From Aquifex aeolicus VF5 (lineage in GTDB: Bacteria > Aquificota > Aquificia > Aquificales > Aquificaceae), in NCBI RefSeq assembly GCF_000008625.1, contig NC_000918.1, forward strand, positions 1,470,001 to 1,502,000: a stretch of DNA of 32,000 bases, given 5' to 3'. Position 1 is the first letter of the stretch; each line of letters opens with the position of its first letter. The notes under the pieces are model-generated. The model searched no databases and had not been told where the DNA came from. It saw only the letters and a program-made list of their open reading frames with translations. This document shows positions 29,836-32,000 of this stretch, in pieces. The position numbers and the translations under genes were made by a program.

Positions 29836-30086
29836 AGGGAAAGTACTTTATAGCTTTAACGGTAGGACTCAACTTGGTGGGCGGGATAATAGCGGGAATG
29901 CTCGTGGGATGGGGCTTTGACTGGGCTATGGAAAACTGGTTCGGCGTTAAAACAAAACCTTGGGGCTTCATGTTTTTCTTCTTGATAGGGATAGTAGCGG
30001 GCTTTAAGAACGCTTACGTTGACCTAAAGAGAATAGAAAAGGACTTAAAGTCTTCTGAAGAAGAGGGAAAGAACAACTCCGATTAA
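29832..30086 (+). CDS. small two-TM protein, AtpZ/AtpI-like (putative F0F1-ATPase-associated) family
   Basis: ATGA overlap with the archease gene. The pattern LVGGIIAGMLVGWGFD...KPWGFMFFFLIGIVAGFKNAY resembles ATPase_gene1-type proteins. Assignment is from memory only. Confidence 0.5.
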   Translation: MKGKYFIALTVGLNLVGGIIAGMLVGWGFDWAMENWFGVKTKPWGFMFFFLIGIVAGFKNAYVDLKRIEKDLKSSEEEGKNNSD

Positions 30087-30938
30087 GTTCTGTGAGAGAC
30101 TAAAAATAGCGGAGGGAAGAGCGGAGACTTTTGAAAAGTACTTTAGAGCGAGAACCGTGGAAAGTCCAGAGTTTTGCATACCCACCTCTATTGAAAGGGC
30201 TTTCACCTTCCTTTTATCAAGCCCGGCCAACAGCCCGAAAAGGTATCCCAGGAGAAAACCGAGGACGTTGTGAATCAAAACCACACTCAGAACGAGAAAA
30301 GAGAGTTCCTTTAAAAGTTTTGAGTTCAGGGCAAATATTACAGCGATTATGAGGGAAATTGAGAAAACCGCCAGGAAAGGTAAAAACTTTTCAACTTTGT
30401 TTATTTGGTATCTCAGGAAGTAGCGAAGAACCATACCGAGTAAAACGGGAACTATAACTATCTTCAAGGTAGTTTCAAACATAGAAAGGAATGGAACTTC
30501 TACGTACTTGCCCGCGAGAACGTATGTCCATAGTGGGGTAAAAAGAGGTGAGAGTAGGGTTGATGTGGTCGTCATTGAGATTGAGTAAGATAAATCTCCT
30601 CTGGATAGGTAAGTTATCAAATTGGAGGCGGTTCCGCCCGGAGCACTCCCGACGAGCACAACGCCCACAAGCAGTTCCGGGGGAAGTTTGAAGAGTTTTG
30701 AGAGAAGATAACCGCTCAGGGGCATTACCGTGTACTGCAAAAGTGCACCGTAAAAGACTATAAAGGGCTTTCTCGCTATTTCCTTGAAGTCCTCAGGGGT
30801 AAGCGTGAGCCCCATTGAGAGCATAATCACTATCAGGAGGGGAAGTATAAGGGGTTTTAGGTTTGCGAAGAATTCAGGAAAGAGTATCCCGAGGAGCGAG
30901 AGCGATACGAGAATGAGTAAAAAGGAAAAGTCCTTCAT
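30045..30938 (-). CDS. bile acid:sodium symporter (BASS/SBF) family transporter
   Basis: 297 aa, polytopic. GSAPGGTASNLITYLSRGD and VGMQNSGL motifs characteristic of the family. Confidence 0.88.
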   Translation of the reverse strand: MKDFSFLLILVSLSLLGILFPEFFANLKPLILPLLIVIMLSMGLTLTPEDFKEIARKPFIVFYGALLQYTVMPLSGYLLSKLFKLPPELLVGVVLVGSAPGGTASNLITYLSRGDLSYSISMTTTSTLLSPLFTPLWTYVLAGKYVEVPFLSMFETTLKIVIVPVLLGMVLRYFLRYQINKVEKFLPFLAVFSISLIIAVIFALNSKLLKELSFLVLSVVLIHNVLGFLLGYLFGLLAGLDKRKVKALSIEVGMQNSGLSTVLALKYFSKVSALPSAIFSLSQNLIGVVLSLFFRRL

Positions 30939-30944
30939 TTCTTA

Positions 30945-30972
30945 GGATTTTAAATTGCGTGTGATAAAATCC
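30945..30972. repeat. 8-bp perfect inverted repeat GGATTTTA-N12-TAAAATCC in a 39-bp divergent intergenic spacer
   Basis: Read directly from the sequence: 30945-30952 and 30965-30972 are reverse complements. It sits between the BASS gene start (30938) and the small ORF start (30978). Operator or hairpin function is speculative. Confidence 0.3.
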
Positions 30973-30977
30973 CAAGT

Positions 30978-31106
30978 ATGGACAACACTACTTTGATCGT
31001 TGTCCTGTTCGTAATAGGTGTTTTATTCGGAATTGTAGCCTTCGGTATGGTTCTCAGGCTTTATCAAAGGGAAAAGGGTGGAAAGGGAAGTTCTGAAGAT
31101 TCTTAA
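30978..31106 (+). CDS. possible 42-aa single-TM peptide ([42 protein letters not shown])
   Basis: I translated this by hand; it is below the track cutoff. It overlaps the start of the next ORF. There is no further support. Confidence 0.25.
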   Translation: MDNTTLIVVLFVIGVLFGIVAFGMVLRLYQREKGGKGSSEDS

Positions 31107-31431
31107 TGAACCGCTGGTGATTTTCTTTATCTGGATGGCTGTTCTTTACCTGATAGCCACGGTATTTCTCACTAAACGCTTTGCCTTCTGGGTGTCTTCA
31201 CTCCTCACGACCTACCTCTGGCTCAAGATGGGAATGGACGAAAAAGCCCTTCTCTTTGCGTGGGGTGTTATATTCCTTATTCTGTTCGTAGTCTACGTTG
31301 CGAGTGTCTTGTTTCACATACCTCCCTTTACCTTCTTTACTGGTAAAAAACTCTGCAAAGTTTGTTACATGGCTGTTCCCAGAAAGGCAAAGATATGCCC
31401 TTACTGTCACTCTGAGTTAAACGGTTCGTAA
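31078..31431 (+). CDS. hypothetical membrane protein with C-terminal zinc-ribbon (CKVC-x12-CPYC)
   Basis: 117-aa ORF with three hydrophobic segments, followed by [25 protein letters not shown]. The start codon is uncertain (GTG 31078 or a downstream start). Confidence 0.5.
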
Positions 31432-32000
31432 AGCTGAGGTCTGTATCCCCTCATGAAGTCCTCTCCGCGCATCTTCTTTCCTTTGGGCGAAATTAATTCA
31501 AGAATTTCTAAAGATTTTTCTCCGCACGCCACTATGAGCCTTTTCGTGTCCTGTATCTCTCCGGGGTATCCCTCCAAATCCACAACCCTCGCTTTTAGTA
31601 TCTTTATCCTGTTTCCCCTGAACGTGGTGTACGCGTTGGGATAGAGTCCTCTAATCCTGTCTCTCACACTTTCAGCAGAAGCTTTCCAGCAAATTCTGTA
31701 CTCTTCCTTTTGAACAGGCGGGGCGTAGGTGGCCTCCTCGTGGTTCTGGGGAACGGGCTTTACTTTGCCTTCAAACCAAAGTCTTAGGGTGTTTACGAGG
31801 AGTTTAGCTCCGCTTTTTGCGAGTTTTTCGGATAGGGTTAGGAAGTTATCTTCCTCTTCAATGGGAATTTTTTCCTGAGCGAGTATGTCTCCCGCGTCCA
31901 TCTCCTCATTTACGAGCATGACCGTGTTGCCCGTTTCCTTTTCCCCAGCCATGATTGCCCTCTGGATTGGTGCGGCTCCCCTGTACTTGGGAAGGAGTGA
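31407..32000 (-). CDS. fmt: methionyl-tRNA formyltransferase, 5' end beyond window
   Basis: The frame is open to the window edge. The translation reads [40 protein letters not shown], followed by the Fmt C-terminal OB-like domain. Confidence 0.9.

Overview
Compact, almost gap-free bacterial chromosome segment. It looks like an Aquificales hyperthermophile, probably Aquifex aeolicus or a close relative; this is recognition from memory and not verified. Supporting traits: Lys/Glu/Ile-rich proteins, purine-loaded coding strands that give long Ser/Phe/Leu/Pro-rich antisense shadow ORFs, many 4-40 nt gene overlaps, unrelated housekeeping genes strung together, and a carB gene encoding only the N-terminal half of the carbamoyl-phosphate synthase large subunit. 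I support about 36 protein-coding loci: leuA (partial), a DsbC-like protein, an AlaC-like aminotransferase, dksA, a flavodoxin/WrbA-like protein, an NfnA/PyrK-like protein, pepA, carB-N, prmA, hemB, an HDAC/AcuC-like protein, an M23 peptidase, mtnA, a glycosyltransferase, purC, a prepilin-like protein, thiL, a CNNM/TlyC transporter, an OppF-like ATPase, hemN, uvrC, archease, a BASS transporter, fmt (partial) and several small membrane ORFs. I found no rRNA, tRNA, CRISPR array, transposase or integrase. Three things stand out. (1) The acetate uptake/activation locus is broken at every gene: acs has a frameshift, the DUF4212 small subunit has an in-frame TAG, and the sodium:solute symporter has three 1-nt frame changes. 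(2) Translationally coupled to that locus is an intact, functionally uncharacterised pair: a cNMP-binding/CBS/DUF294 nucleotidyltransferase protein and a DEDDh exonuclease. (3) A second cluster of single-base indels at 19.8-21.7 kb fuses a hotdog thioesterase to MtnA, scrambles an HU/IHF-like gene and truncates PurC. Most of these indels can be explained by loss of one base from a short mononucleotide run. Sequencing or assembly error must therefore be excluded before calling them biological.
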